A program made the translations under genes and the position numbers. 64,000 bases of DNA, taken from positions 9,052,001-9,116,000 of the forward strand of contig NC_086386.1 in assembly GCF_036588685.1 (NCBI RefSeq), in the 5' to 3' direction. Below the pieces are notes generated by a model, which had not been told where the DNA came from, ran no database searches, and saw nothing but the letters and a program-made list of their open reading frames with translations. Positions 13,352 to 25,650 of the stretch are shown in pieces. This DNA comes from Mytilus trossulus (lineage: Eukaryota). The first letter of the stretch is position 1; every line of letters begins with the position of its first letter.

Positions 13352-15680
13352 CAGTGTATATAAAGTGCGAATCCATCTAGTTCATTTTTACTGTTATATG
13401 CGGGTATGTCTATTGTAGAATAAAGGATCATGGGAAAACTGTATTTGTTTACGTTTTGAAAATATCAAGTTAAAGGATTTTAAATTAAGTTTTAACATAT
13501 TTTCATTGTGATATGTCTTTATAATATACAAACAAAGCATTAAAGTTAAAATAAGTGTTATAAAAGCATCATAATATAGCATATCGATTATTGAAAGCGA
13601 TCCATTTTAACTATAGATGCGATGAATTATCACTGTTAGTGCAGTCATTATTTATGTAGAATTTTCAAAGATGCGAGGAATTTTTATTGTAGAATTATGT
13701 GATAAATGCACTTGCAACAAATGAAAAAAAAACTTAGTTGATGACTTTAGGATTTATGATACATGTATTTTCAAATTGAGATACAAACTACTCATTTATT
13801 CCTTATCAAATATATAGCTTTTCAAACTTGTAACAAAAGCGATTCTCAAAATGTCATATTGTATTCTTCAGATTACGTTTCTCCTTGATTTTAACTTATA
13901 TAGGGAATCACTGGAGCGTGACAGCAGCGGGCCCTCTTAGGAGTCAATGGGCCCCTACTTATGAAAAATTCTAGATCCGCGAATGGATACTACCGCAGAA
14001 GTAAAACCATGCACATTTGGGTTATTGTACACGAAATGCATGCTACAATTCATTTATGTTGATTTTAGACCTTTGGAACTCTATGTGGGCTATTTCAGCA
14101 ACTAGGCAAAAAATCCCAAAACTAGATACACGGTTAGATTCAGCATGTTAACGAATTCCAAATATCTACATTAAAGGACTAGCTATAAATTTGGACCCCA
14201 CAAAATTGAAAAGGGACCAAAAATATAAAAAAAAATGCATGCATCGGATACATTTGTTATTGAAGGCATGACTGTAACAATAGGATGAATATACAAAAAT
14301 ATCTTATTCTGGGGTTTCATTGGGGGGTTCTGATCCCGGATCCCGCTTACTGTTTTGGCAGATTCCCGTATTCCGCTTATTATTTTGTAAGATTCCCGTA
14401 TCCCGCTTATACTAAGCAGTTCTATTTTTTTGTAATTATCCATGTCCCGCTAGACTTCATTTCCCGTTTTTCACTACACAATCATTTGACTTTCACCTGT
14501 CACGCTTGCAAAATGAGACAACTCTCCATCCGAGTCACAATTTATAAAAGTAGACAATTATACGTCAAAATACGGTCTTCAGCATGGAGTCTTGGCTCAC
14601 ACCGAACAGCAAGTTATAAAGGGCTCCAGTGTAAAACCTTTCAAACGGGAAAACAAAGGTGCAATCTATTTCAAGATGTACGTAATTAGCGGTGAAGTGT
14701 AATGGAATTGGATAAAAAAAAAATAAGGATAAAGATCCCTATACGCTTTATAAGAAACTAAATGGAATACATTTGAAATAAATGTTATTTCTATTGAATT
14801 TATTAGAGTGATTTAAAACCAAACTTTCCTCCGTAAATTAAATTTTATCAAATCTTTCTCTTACTTTATCTATTGTTTGAGCAAGTCGGCTAAATTAAGG
14901 CTTTACAGCTAATTTCCTAATGCATGTAAAGCAAAACTTTGGTTGGCTTGCTTGCTTTGTTTGTATAATTGTTTATACAAACTTGGTAAATAAGATTGAC
15001 ATTTTTAAACAATATGAATAGGCATAGGTTAACCTGTATTTTTAATATATGAATTAAATTGGGTGTTATCATAATGATTATCCAATAAAAAAACAGCAAG
15101 CAAATCAACTAAAGTCTTGCTCTACATGCTTAAAGAAATGAGCTGTAATAGATAAAAAAATAAATAATTATACAGTGATAATGCACCGCATATACAATAA
15201 TAATGATTCGCTCCACAGTGAAAATGAAAGAATAGTATGATTATTCGACAGTAAACATGACTAGCATTACGAAAGCATCATAGTGGAATTGAGTTAAATA
15301 TGAAGAAACTGAATGAGAAAACATATTCTACGTTATACAACTTTAATAATTGTATTAAAATGAATATTTTTTACTGCAACAACATCTCACCTGTTAGTTA
15401 TAAAGCACCTGCACGATCTGTTCGTGAAATGTCCTAAATATTCACCTATTTTGGTATATATTTCACAGCTGGATGGCTTTCGGTGCGATAAAACCCCGCT
15501 CGCATCTCTAACTTTGTTTTATTAGTATTATGTATTTCTGAACCTATACATTTTAACTAATTTTCTTCATTTTCTTCAAAAATTAAAAAAAGTTCGTCTG
15601 TTTATTTATCATTCTACATTAGACATTTATGGCATATACAGTAAAAATGATATTTTAGGATCCGCACTTTACATACACTG
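13352..15680. mobile_element. Non-autonomous TIR element, copy 2 (hAT5-like), in intron 1 of the piggyBac gene
   Basis: Same TIRs as 7097-10307; different TSD CTCTA at 13347-13351 and 15681-15685. Confidence 0.85.
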
Positions 15681-17586
15681 CTCTACGCGTGCATCTGTAA
15701 CAACGATTTTTTTTTATTCAAAAACGTAAAGTTTGCTTTGAATATTTAAAAAAAATCACCTACTGTTATTATTCTTATATTTTTACAGACTTAACCAGGA
15801 TGTTTGTGTAGATGAAAGAGTTGTGGGATTTAAAGGCCGACATCAGTTAAAGCAATATTTGTCCAACAAAAAGGCACATAAATGGGTGATTAAATTGTGG
15901 GTTTTAGCGGAATCCTACACCGGTTACACCCACCAGATTAAAGTATACAAGGGTAGACGAAACGAAGCAAGAAGTGAAAATGGACAGGTAAGGTCAATTA
16001 TTGCATGTTGTAACTTTTTTGAAATTTAAAGTTCCTTTACTATATATTTTTTTCAAGATTAAATTCAATAAATGGGCATAACGCGGCATAGTGATAGCAT
16101 ATAGTTATGTTTTTAGAAATAATATACTTCCCTTGTCCATATTTTATATATTATCTTGAAATCAATCTAACAGCCGGTCACCGTGAAACACTTTTCGGTA
16201 AACCAGCCTTCGTTTTGCCTAATAGAATCACTTGTTCGTGTTTATCCCCTGTTTATTTCAATATATATTTTCAGGATCTATTGAATAAAATTAGTGGCTT
16301 AAACTTCAATATTCTCGTGGGATTTTCTCGCTGTATTAAAGACCCATTTGTGACCTTCGGTTGTTTTCTTTTGTTTGGTAGGGTCATTGTCTCTTTGACA
16401 CACTCTCCATTTTCATTCTCATTTTTTCTTACACGCCAGGACTTCACAAATAAAAACATATAAACTCAAAGCATTGTTTTTTCAGGGGTACCAAGTAGTG
16501 ACAGAGTTGATGACACCTCATTTAAACAGAGATCATCATGTTACAGTTGATAGTTTCTTTACAAGTCCCAAATTGGTACATGATTTGAAAGATAAGGGTA
16601 CATTCTGCACAGGAACTGTAATTAAAACCAGACGTGGCATGCCAAAAAGCTACCGCACTGCTAAACTTCAAAAAGGAGACATGACAGTGAAATATCAGGG
16701 ACAACTCATGGCAGTTGTATGGGCAGATCGCAGACTTGTAACCATTCTTACAACAACTGGCTCTGCAAGGTAAATTTAAACGTATATTAGATACATGTAT
16801 TTTTATTTTAAAATACAAATATTGGATATGATCGCCTATGAGACAACTATCCACAAGAGAACAAATGAAGTACACAATGTTTCATCAAAGTAATGTTGAA
16901 ATTATAATCATTATAATATTATTGTTAACTTTCTTTAATGATAATTTGATCAAATATTCTATGATCGAAAATTAAAATCAATACGGTGACATATTTATTG
17001 CTGCACAAGTTTAAAATGTCGGTACAGACACCACAGAAACTTATTTCAATTGAAATAAATTAATTTTAGAACAGATGATTTTAAGCTAAAACAAATAAAA
17101 TCTGTATATTGAGTTTACTTTTTTATAAATGCATTTTCGACCTTCTTGAAAATATTTTCATGTTCTTGAAGAAAACTAAATGTTTATAAATTTGAAGCAT
17201 GATTAACACAACAAACAGTAGAGGAAGAGATTTGGCCATTCCATCCGCTGTTAAACGATATAACTTTACAATGGGTGGAGTAGATCTCGGGGATCAACTT
17301 CTCTTACAGTTCGAGCCAAATTTTAAAAGTGTGAAAATGTGGAGAAAACTACTTTTCCATCAATTAGTTACTGCTGCAGGTAAAAGATAATTTGCAAGTT
17401 TAGAATATATAAAATTAATGTTTGTCGAAAGACATTGACATATTTCTTTTTAAATAAGGAGAATGTTGATTGACAATGAAAAAACTATCAACAAAATTCA
17501 TATGAAATGGATCGATTCAAATTTTTATATATCGAAATGGATTAAAAGATAATAGAAAAGCTACATATAAACTTGTATAGTTGTTA

Positions 17587-17843
17587 CAGCAGATTTCAGT
17601 GAGTATGTAGCTAAAGGTAATCTCTTTGGTTACCTTGCTTGTTAGCTGAACCGTGAAGTCATTGTTAGGTTAGCCAAACTTCCCTCCTTTAATAGTAGAC
17701 TTGCCCAACAGAAAACCAATCTATCTCACTGTGGGACTAAGCTACTTTAAAAGGATGGTAGTATAACTTACCTAACAATAACTCCACGGTTTAGCTAACA
17801 AGCAAGCTATTACCATTAGCTACATACTGACTGAAATCTGCTG
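17587..17843. mobile_element. Tc1/mariner-type MITE in piggyBac intron 4
   Basis: TA|CAGCAGATTTCAGT...ACTGAAATCTGCTG|TA with about 80-bp imperfect TIRs. Confidence 0.75.
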
Positions 17844-20225
17844 TAAAGAAATCACATAACCTGTATAGTTGTTCAAGAAATGAAATAACCCTAATATATA
17901 TTTATCAGTCACTGGCCTTCTCTTTCATATATTTTTTCACCTGGATTTTTTTTTTCGAAATGCATTTATTTATTCGTGATTATTTCAAGAACAAAGGTTA
18001 GACACATTGTCATATGCTGAAATATTTTTTTGAAATGTTTTTTTCTATCATTTTTCTTTATATTTTTTGCGTATTTGACATGTATCTTAATCGTACAAGC
18101 CTAAATTCATTTTGTATTCAATTTTGTTTTCTTCTTTTGATTTACTCGTGGAAGACATTGGTCCGTATATTAATATGTATTATTTTTATTCTTCGTTTTC
18201 AGTTAATGCCTTCATCTGTTACAAAAGAACTTTTGTTGTTGAAACAAAGCTAGACAGGCTGGTATCACATATTTGAATAATTATTGTAGCTTGCCGTTCA
18301 CACAGTCAATCACTAATGTGAACATCTCCACTCAAAGTCGTCATTGTACAAAATTCGTTCTTATGTTTTAGCAGACAATGTATGATTTACGCATGTAAAC
18401 ATGACGTATCTTTGTTTTACCGACTTTACTTTTCATGAAAATCGACAATATTTGAAAGGGAACGGCAAAGTAAACTGAAACATAAACAATGATTTCAATG
18501 TATCCATTATCATCAAATAGAAACAGGATAAAGGTTACTTATGCGTATACTTTTGTATAGTAAGATGGTCGGCGGCAGGACAAAAGTTCTTCGTCTAGCA
18601 CCGGAAAAAAACACATTTCCTTCAGCCCACAAAACACGGTTATCATGCTTAAATTGAGTAAGTCATGGACATTTGGTTTAAAGTTGTTAATCAAATATTC
18701 TACATTTATCTTTCGGCATGTTATTTTTTGTTCACGTCATAATCCATAGTACGTTTATTACGTCTATACTTTCGCGAACCATCGCACTTTAGAGTGTGTA
18801 GGCATCGTACTTTAGCGTAAACCATCGCACTTAAGCATGACTATCGTACTTAAGCGTCCCCATCGCACTTTAAAGTCCTGCACATGTACTTACAAAATCT
18901 TCTTTTTTTATGAAAAGGCCACAAATGGGTAAATAGACGGAAAATGGGAAAATCCTTTACAAAAGTAACTTTGAAAATGTCCGTATCAAAACAAAAGTGA
19001 ACCCCATATGAATTTGATCTTCCTCAATTACTTTCTAACAGTTATACAAACCTAAACGTTGATTAAGAACAAAAGTGAATATCTAGAACATGTTTCGCTC
19101 CTCAGATGTATACATCCTTAAATATCAACAAACGCAGACAAAAAATCGAATTTTACTGCATCCAATTCTGTCTCGTCAGTGAATCTTCATTCAAAAATAA
19201 AATATAAATTGTAATTGGAAGATGTTTTTATCATGTAGTGTCTCAAGTTGACTCTCAACTTTGTACTAAATTTGTCATTTTAACCTATGACCTTATGAAG
19301 ACGAAAACGCACGTCTAGTGCACAAAATAACATCCCTAGTATCTACGATAAGTTTTTAAAGGAATTGAATTCCAATTGTTAAACATTTGTATTGAAGGAA
19401 AAACCAAATGAAATATATTTTTTCAGGAAACAACAACACTTAACATACTTATTATGTAATCAGTATATTTTAGCAAAAAAGGGGCAAGTTACTTTTTCAA
19501 TAATTTCGTTCGTGGTCCGTAGTCATTCATCTTCTTCGTCCGTTATAACCTTAGTATAAACTTTCTTCACAAAAAATATGGCATTTTTAGCATTTTCGAA
19601 TATTAAAGACAAATAAAAAAGGGAGTACTAGTAAAACCCATTTTATTTAAAGAGTTCAACAGAAGATTAGAGGTTGATTCAACAGATTTTTAATAAAAGT
19701 AAGATGAAAACTGGGATTTCTATAAAATAACCTCACATCAAAATGTGCATCAAGAGTGACGTTCGATTCACTTAATGTTTTCACAGTTTTTTGTGCGCCC
19801 CATAAACTGCAAATTGACATTGGTCATGGATTTACAGATCTGTTATTTGACTTGTGAATAAGCTACTAAGTAATCATGATTGATTTTATTGCAATGATTA
19901 AGAAATAATTACGACAAGTTGAACAACAGACACCTAGTAACATGTATATCCATGTTAAAACTAAAGTGGCTAAAAATTATTCTTGTATTTGTGTCAATTG
20001 CGTTTTATAGTGATTGAGATTGCATTACAATGTTAACTGATGTGTCCCTATTTATGACGTGTATACCTGTTATACTTGTTTGTTTTGCTTACACACTTTA
20101 TCAACATAATGAAATTCTTAGTGACTGTGAATAAAATATAATACGTTTGGTCTGAAACAATGCAATGACATCTAACAGGAGTTGTTGTCCCTAAATTGAT
20201 TCAAGTTAGGTTTAATTGATTATTA

Positions 20226-22008
20226 GGGACCGGTCAAAATCTTGATGCATGGGACCGGTGCAAACTGTAATGGGACAAGCACTTTTTGCAGTGTTTACAG
20301 TAATGGGACTCAATGTTTTTTTCATTATTGGCAAGCATGGAACATGAACTTTTTGAAACAAGTCTGTATATGAAAAAAAATCTCCATTTCATATGCTTTA
20401 GAAGTTTCAATAAAAGAAATGTGGTGTATAAACCAGCCATACTTTTAAGAAAATTGACAAAATGTGTGATGTCCATGTACTTTGTATACAAATTATCTCC
20501 CTTGGATTGAAACAGAAATTTTGAAAATGGCCAAGCAATTAAAAGTGCTACTTCAACTATAATTAAACAAAATGAATAGACCACTTTCGAGTTCAATTAT
20601 ACACGCCTTTATGACGTCATTTACCAGATAGAGGGGCTCGCCTGTATCCCTGCACTATTTACGTTCATCAAGCGTCTTAGTGATCGTCTTTGTGCAGGAT
20701 AAACTAGAAATAATGGTTGCTCTGTAGGTACTTACTGACATTTCCCTAATGACAGCAGTGTTGATTGTCAATTTTGAGAATTCAATTTGCCGAATAATTC
20801 GTACAATATAGAATTATAGTTTTCCAACCACTCGCTCAACATTGGAAGGAAGTGACGACGCCCCTAAACGCACAAATGACGATGATAAAGGCGCGTATAA
20901 TTGACGAGTTTTTTCCGGTGACAGATGAACTCGAAAGTGGTCTAATATGTTTCTGTTTTATTTTGTACATGTAGACCATAATTCCTTAAATAAAACAAAA
21001 ATCTAACATGCTCAGAAATGATGTTCAGTGATGACCCCCTGAACTACCTTAATCATAAATGTTATTATCATGATTATGCAAATTCAACAGACATTGTAGA
21101 ATGAAAACTCTTTTTTTTTATAATACATACTGGCTGTAGAAAAAGAATGTTTGTGGAAATTTAACAAATACAGTAGCATACTACCAAAAGAAATGATTGG
21201 AATATTCATTCAAAGGTCACAACAAATCTGGAACCCACACCCAACAAGCTCTGAATAGCCCAGATATAAATATATAATCACTCAAGCTGCATATATGTTG
21301 AGATAGTAAATTTTACTTTTTTCCCACTTTTTAAAAAAAATGTTTTAAATACAATATTGTTGTAAGTGGAAGTTGGAGATGTTCACTTCTTTAATTTTGA
21401 TGCTATTTTCACATTCCTCTCGTTTTAAATTTGAAAATTTAACTGTCTCGAGATGTTCACTTCTTCTGGTATGACTATTCAAATAATGGGGATTGTTTTA
21501 TTCTAAGCAGAAAAAAAAATCATATTTTTGTAATTTATTTTTTTTGGAAAATTTACCTACCCACTGTTAATTTAGAATAGTTAGATTCTAAATTAAGCTG
21601 CAATATTTTTGAAAAAATGTATTCTACCATACACTTCATACATGTTAATTGTTTAATATTGCATGTATCATTTATTATAATCAATAACATATTGTCATCT
21701 GTTTGGGCTCCTGTGTTGGCAATAACATATGCTTATGTATTGTTTTGTTTACTTTATAATAGCAAAATAGATACAGTTCACACATAGTAGCATTATTTTT
21801 CAGCTATCCAAATACATTGTAGCATGAAATGTATCCACAACTTTGATCATGTTTTTGTGCTTTAACATGGGACACACACTTTTTTACTAGGTAAAGTGCA
21901 TGGGACAAGCATATTTTTATTCTGCCAGTAGCCATGGGATCAAGAGAATTATTTCAGCAATTTTCTTTTTGCACCGGTCCCATGCATCAAGAAATTTTGA
22001 CCGGTCCC
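20226..22008. mobile_element. Non-autonomous PIF/Harbinger-like element
   Basis: TIR GGGACCGGTCAAAAT(..)CTTGATGCATGGGACCGGTGCAAA at both ends; TTA TSD at 20223-20225 and 22009-22011; subterminal catgggac repeats. Confidence 0.8.
20577..20944. mobile_element. MITE nested in the Harbinger-like element
   Basis: TAGACCACTTTCGAGTTCA ... TGAACTCGAAAGTGGTCTA, plus inner inverted match caattatacrcgcctttat; TSD ambiguous. Confidence 0.75.
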
Positions 22009-23409
22009 TTACGTCAATTTGGTACATGATAAAGCTTTAGGGTATTTTGCAAACCGTTTGGCCTTGACAAACATCAAAAATAAGTCACCTAGAGAAAGCT
22101 GGGATGATCCCTTTTTGCATTGATATCATGGAAAGAACCTGTAAACCATAATTGTTTTCAAATATGCTCAATTGAGACCGATAGTGACCTTGGTCAAACC
22201 GGTAGTACCTTATTTCTCCCTTCTTACAGGCACAAGTATATAGAAACCAATTATTTTTGGAATCAGTGTACATAAAGCTATCATTTGAGATAGTAAGTGA
22301 CATGTTTTAAACAGGAAGTTATCTGAACAATTGGTTTTTAATTATTTTTCTTCCTCCACATTGTTTTCTTGTGATGTAATTTGACGGTACCCAAACTGCA
22401 CCTATTTTGATAGTTTTTTTACCCACGTTTTTTTATGATCAAACATAAATAACCATTCTGTATTTATTTTGTATCCGTATCCTTCGTTATTATATAGGTA
22501 ACCCATTTTGATTTTAATCCATTTTGAGTGTTACAAAAATTGATTTTAATCGACCTTCAAACTATTGATGATTCCGTAATGACGAGCACCCAAATTGCAT
22601 CCATGCTTAAATTCACATCAATCAAAATCAAATTTCAGATGTTTTGTTTTATTTTTTCAAATATTTAGAACAATTTGACATTAGTACATGCTCATTATTC
22701 ATTTTTTTTAATTGAATGCTTGCAACATATTTTTTTTTTTCAAAGATGACTTTTTTGTGAACGTCGCAAGGCAGCATTTTCGTACAAGTTTCCTTTTTGA
22801 CTTATCCTGTTTCACCGAAGTTTTATCTCTTCAAACAATGTGTTCATGCATGCGCATCTCCTTTCCAACAGTAAAAGATTATGACAAAATTATGTTTGCA
22901 ATTTGCGCGTTATATTCTAGCGTCTGAAGAGTAATGTTGACCGAGACAATTCGGAGACTTCATACACGAGTTAACTTATTTACCCATATGCATTTGATAT
23001 AAGGAATATATATTTGTAACTGTTGAACCATAAGTGATGGAGATCTAGGATCTTTTAATTTGAGGTCCTTATTCCAAAAAAAAATTAAGACAAGGTCAAA
23101 GGTCAATTTCAATGTCATGGCAAATTTTACGCTAAGTATATGTCCAGAGAGAGTTATAGATATTTACAAAATGATTAACAAGTAACAAAAATGATGTGTG
23201 ATGTGACATGTCGGTAATGATCCTTTTTGTAATGCCACACGCCATGTTATGCAGTGCCATTGCCTCTGAATGGGTTAAATCGGCAAATTACTAATTAAAT
23301 GCAGACTTTGCAAATATCAGATTTTAAATGTATCTTTTATCAATTATCAGACAAAAATCTACCACTATCCCTTCCTTCCCCCCACTCGTTCTGACGGATC
23401 TGACGGATA

Positions 23410-23708
23410 TTTTTATGCCCCACCTACAATAGTAGAGGGGCATTATGTTTTCTGGTATGTGCGGCAGTTCGTCTGTCGGTCCATCCGTCTGTCTGTCCGT
23501 CCGTCCGTCTGTCTTTCCGTCTGTTCGTAAGTCCGTCTATCCCGCTGCAGGTTAAGGTTTTTGGTGAACCTGAAACTTAGTATACATGATATGATCTGTT
23601 CCATTTTAATGCTAAATTAGAGTTCTGACCCCAATTTTACGGTCCATAGCAAATAGAAAATAATAGCGCGAGTGAGGCATCCGTGTACTGGGGACATATC
23701 CTTGTTTT
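23410..23708 (+). mobile_element. Helentron-associated (HINE/DINE-like) non-autonomous element
   Basis: T-rich start tttttatgccccacc...aggggcat hairpin, (GTCY)n microsatellite at about 23470-23540, 3' end ...cttgtttt. Confidence 0.6.
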
Positions 23709-24079
23709 AGTATTCTATGAAAAGAAAATCACCTTCAGTTGCGTACATTCAACTGTTAAAAAGTAAATATTTCTTATGTAAATACTTCTGAAATGAAAAT
23801 CTTTACCTATAAAAAAAATCAGTTCGTGTTTGTTTCTGAAATTAATCGATACGAGCTGTAATAGTTTTTGAACAACATTACTTTTGTGTGCATGCACAAT
23901 ATGAAGACACGTGATCAAAGATTAGACAAAAGTTGAACTGTAAAATGAATCACGATAATATGACCCCGTTATCACTTTAAATACACGTTCGTTGCGTTTG
24001 ACTATGTTGATGGCCTGGACTGGATTAAGAAATCAAAATCAATGACGTAAAAAGTCGTAAATACTGATGAGATCCTACA

Positions 24080-25650
24080 ATCAAATTTCTAAATGGGCAT
24101 TTAAAAAGTCAGAATGTGAATATATATGTTCAGACTCTTTAAGGTCATTTTTAGTAGCAATAAACAAAAAGACTATGTCAATTGGACATGCTTTGATACT
24201 ATATATGCCCTTGAATTTTTACTAGATAACATTTTTGTTCGCTTTGGGGATTCCGTTTATCGTCAGGTTATCGGAATTCCAATGGGGACTAACTGTGCAC
24301 CACTTATTGTGGACTTGTTTTTGCATTGCTATGAATTACAATTTATGACAAAAATAAGCAAAGACCCATCGAAACCACATCTGATACACAAATTTAAAAA
24401 TACTTTTAGACATTTGGATAATATTTTGGCTCTCAATAATGACGACTTCAGTATGTATATTAAAGAAATTTATCCTGTTGAACTTACTTTGAATAAAGCT
24501 AATTCTAATAATGACCACTGCCCATTCCTCGATCTTGATATCTATATCACTAACGGAAAGCTGAATACTAAAATTTATGATAAAAGAGATGATTTTTCAT
24601 TTCCTATCGTTAATTATCCATATGTAAATGGTGCCGTTCACTTGTCACCATCTTACGGTGTTTATTGTATGTAGCAATGTTTTAGATTTTAACGAGAGAA
24701 ATTTATGTATCACTGAAAAATTATTGTTGTCAGGTCATTAAAGATTGCATATTTTGGCGTAAATATTGATTCACTTATAGGGTCTTTGCGTCGGAACTAA
24801 ACACATTTATTTAAAAACCAGCTGTTGGAATGAAACGGGTTATTGTCTTCTCATATATGTTTTCATGGTATGAAATTAAACCCCTAACGGGAATTATTGT
24901 GCCTGATGCTTATATGATGAAATCATAATCTTTCAGTCAGTTTAATTGAAGTCTGGAGTTGGCATGTCAGTTAACTGCTAATAATCTGTTGTTATTTAAG
25001 TATTATTGTCATTTTGTTTATTTTCTTTGGTTTCTTCTTCTGACATCAGACCCGGACTTCTCCTGAACTGAATTTTAATGTGCGTATTGTTATGCGTTTA
25101 CTTTTCTACATTGGCTAGAGGTATAGGGGAGGGGCTGATACTGTGGATTCATTTATTTTCGTGGGTATCAATTTTCGTGGATTGAAGAAAACTTACATGT
25201 TCGTGGATATTTGATTTCGCGGTTTTGCCGGAGTCTGCATACAAGCCTATTGAAAATTTGTCATTCGTTGAACATTTAATTTCGTGGTTCAACTCTTCGC
25301 ACGAAATACACGAAAATTGGTATCCAACGAATAATAATGAATCCACAGTATCTCACAAACATGTTTAACCCCGCCGCATTTTTGCGCCTGTTCCAAGTCA
25401 GAAGCCTCTGGCCTTTGTTAGTTTTGTATTATTTTAATTTTAGTTTCTTGTGTACAATTTGGAAATTAGTATGGCGTTCATTATCACTGAACTAGTATAT
25501 ATTTGTTTAGGGGCCAGCTGAAGGACGCCTCAGGGTGCGGGAATTTCTCGCGACATTGAATACCAGTTGGTGACCTTCTGTTGTTGTTTTTTTTCTACGG
25601 TTGGGTTGTTGTCTATTTGACACATTCCCCATTTCCATCCTCAATTTCAT
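24080..25650 (+). mobile_element. 5'-truncated Penelope-like element: RT fragment plus 3' non-coding region (possibly Naiad/Chlamys type)
   Basis: ORF 24126-24674: FLLDNIFVRFG..YRQVIGIPMGTNCAPLIVDLFL..FRHLDNI (degenerate YxDD)..FLDL..KIYDKRDDFSF; no GIY-YIG follows; ends ...acattccccatttccatcctcaattt. Confidence 0.75.
25141..25348. mobile_element. TA-TSD MITE
   Basis: TA|CTGTGGATTCATT..TTCGTGG ... CACGAAAATTGGTATCCAACGAAT..TGAATCCACAG|TA; absent from the sister copy at about 29283. Confidence 0.85.

Larger units (their letters stand above)
12342..18276 (+). pseudogene. Intron-containing piggyBac-superfamily transposase (PGBD4-like); exons 12342-12994, 15789-15987, 16486-16769, 17198-17379, 18203-18276
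   Basis: The spliced frame of 464 codons gives an acidic N-terminus, LVAETNRYA, EILAFVGL, MSRNRF, VDE (D at 15811), FKGR, VDSFFTS (D at 16549), W-D, YNFTMGGVD (D at 17283), WRK and AAVNAFICYK. All four introns are GT..AG with matching phases 2,0,2,1. One in-frame TAA at 12648-12650; no C-terminal Cys-rich domain. Confidence 0.9.
11930..18880. mobile_element. TIR element with subterminal arrays of a ~20-bp repeat, enclosing the piggyBac-like gene
   Basis: Left TAGGACTCAAAAGTGCAATGG versus reverse complement of right end CAGGACTTTAAAGTGCGATGG (17/21). Both ends carry 5-6 copies of a cgcTAAAGTrCGATGG-like unit in inverted orientation (11930-12057, 18772-18880). Flanks tacatgtt / cacatgta are a possible degenerate 8-bp TSD. 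Confidence 0.65.

Noticed and set aside
14285-14689. 134-aa ORF with repeated RFPYPAY
   Set aside because: Translation of a cccgctta repeat array inside a MITE; the frame is not kept in the sister copy.
22085-22303. 72-aa minus-strand ORF as a host exon
   Set aside because: No recognisable motif or supporting neighbouring exons.
23250-23278. gaatgggTTAA as the right end of the piggyBac gene
   Set aside because: I found no matching left TTAAccc end, and it lies 4.4 kb outside the enclosing TIR element. It may be an orphan end but cannot be linked.
25508-25578. Hammerhead- or SECIS-like fold (gccagCTGAAGGacgcc..ggtgcgggaatttctcg..ttggtgacc)
   Set aside because: Hairpins are plausible and recur at about 29050-29122, but the GAAA core and SECIS geometry are missing.
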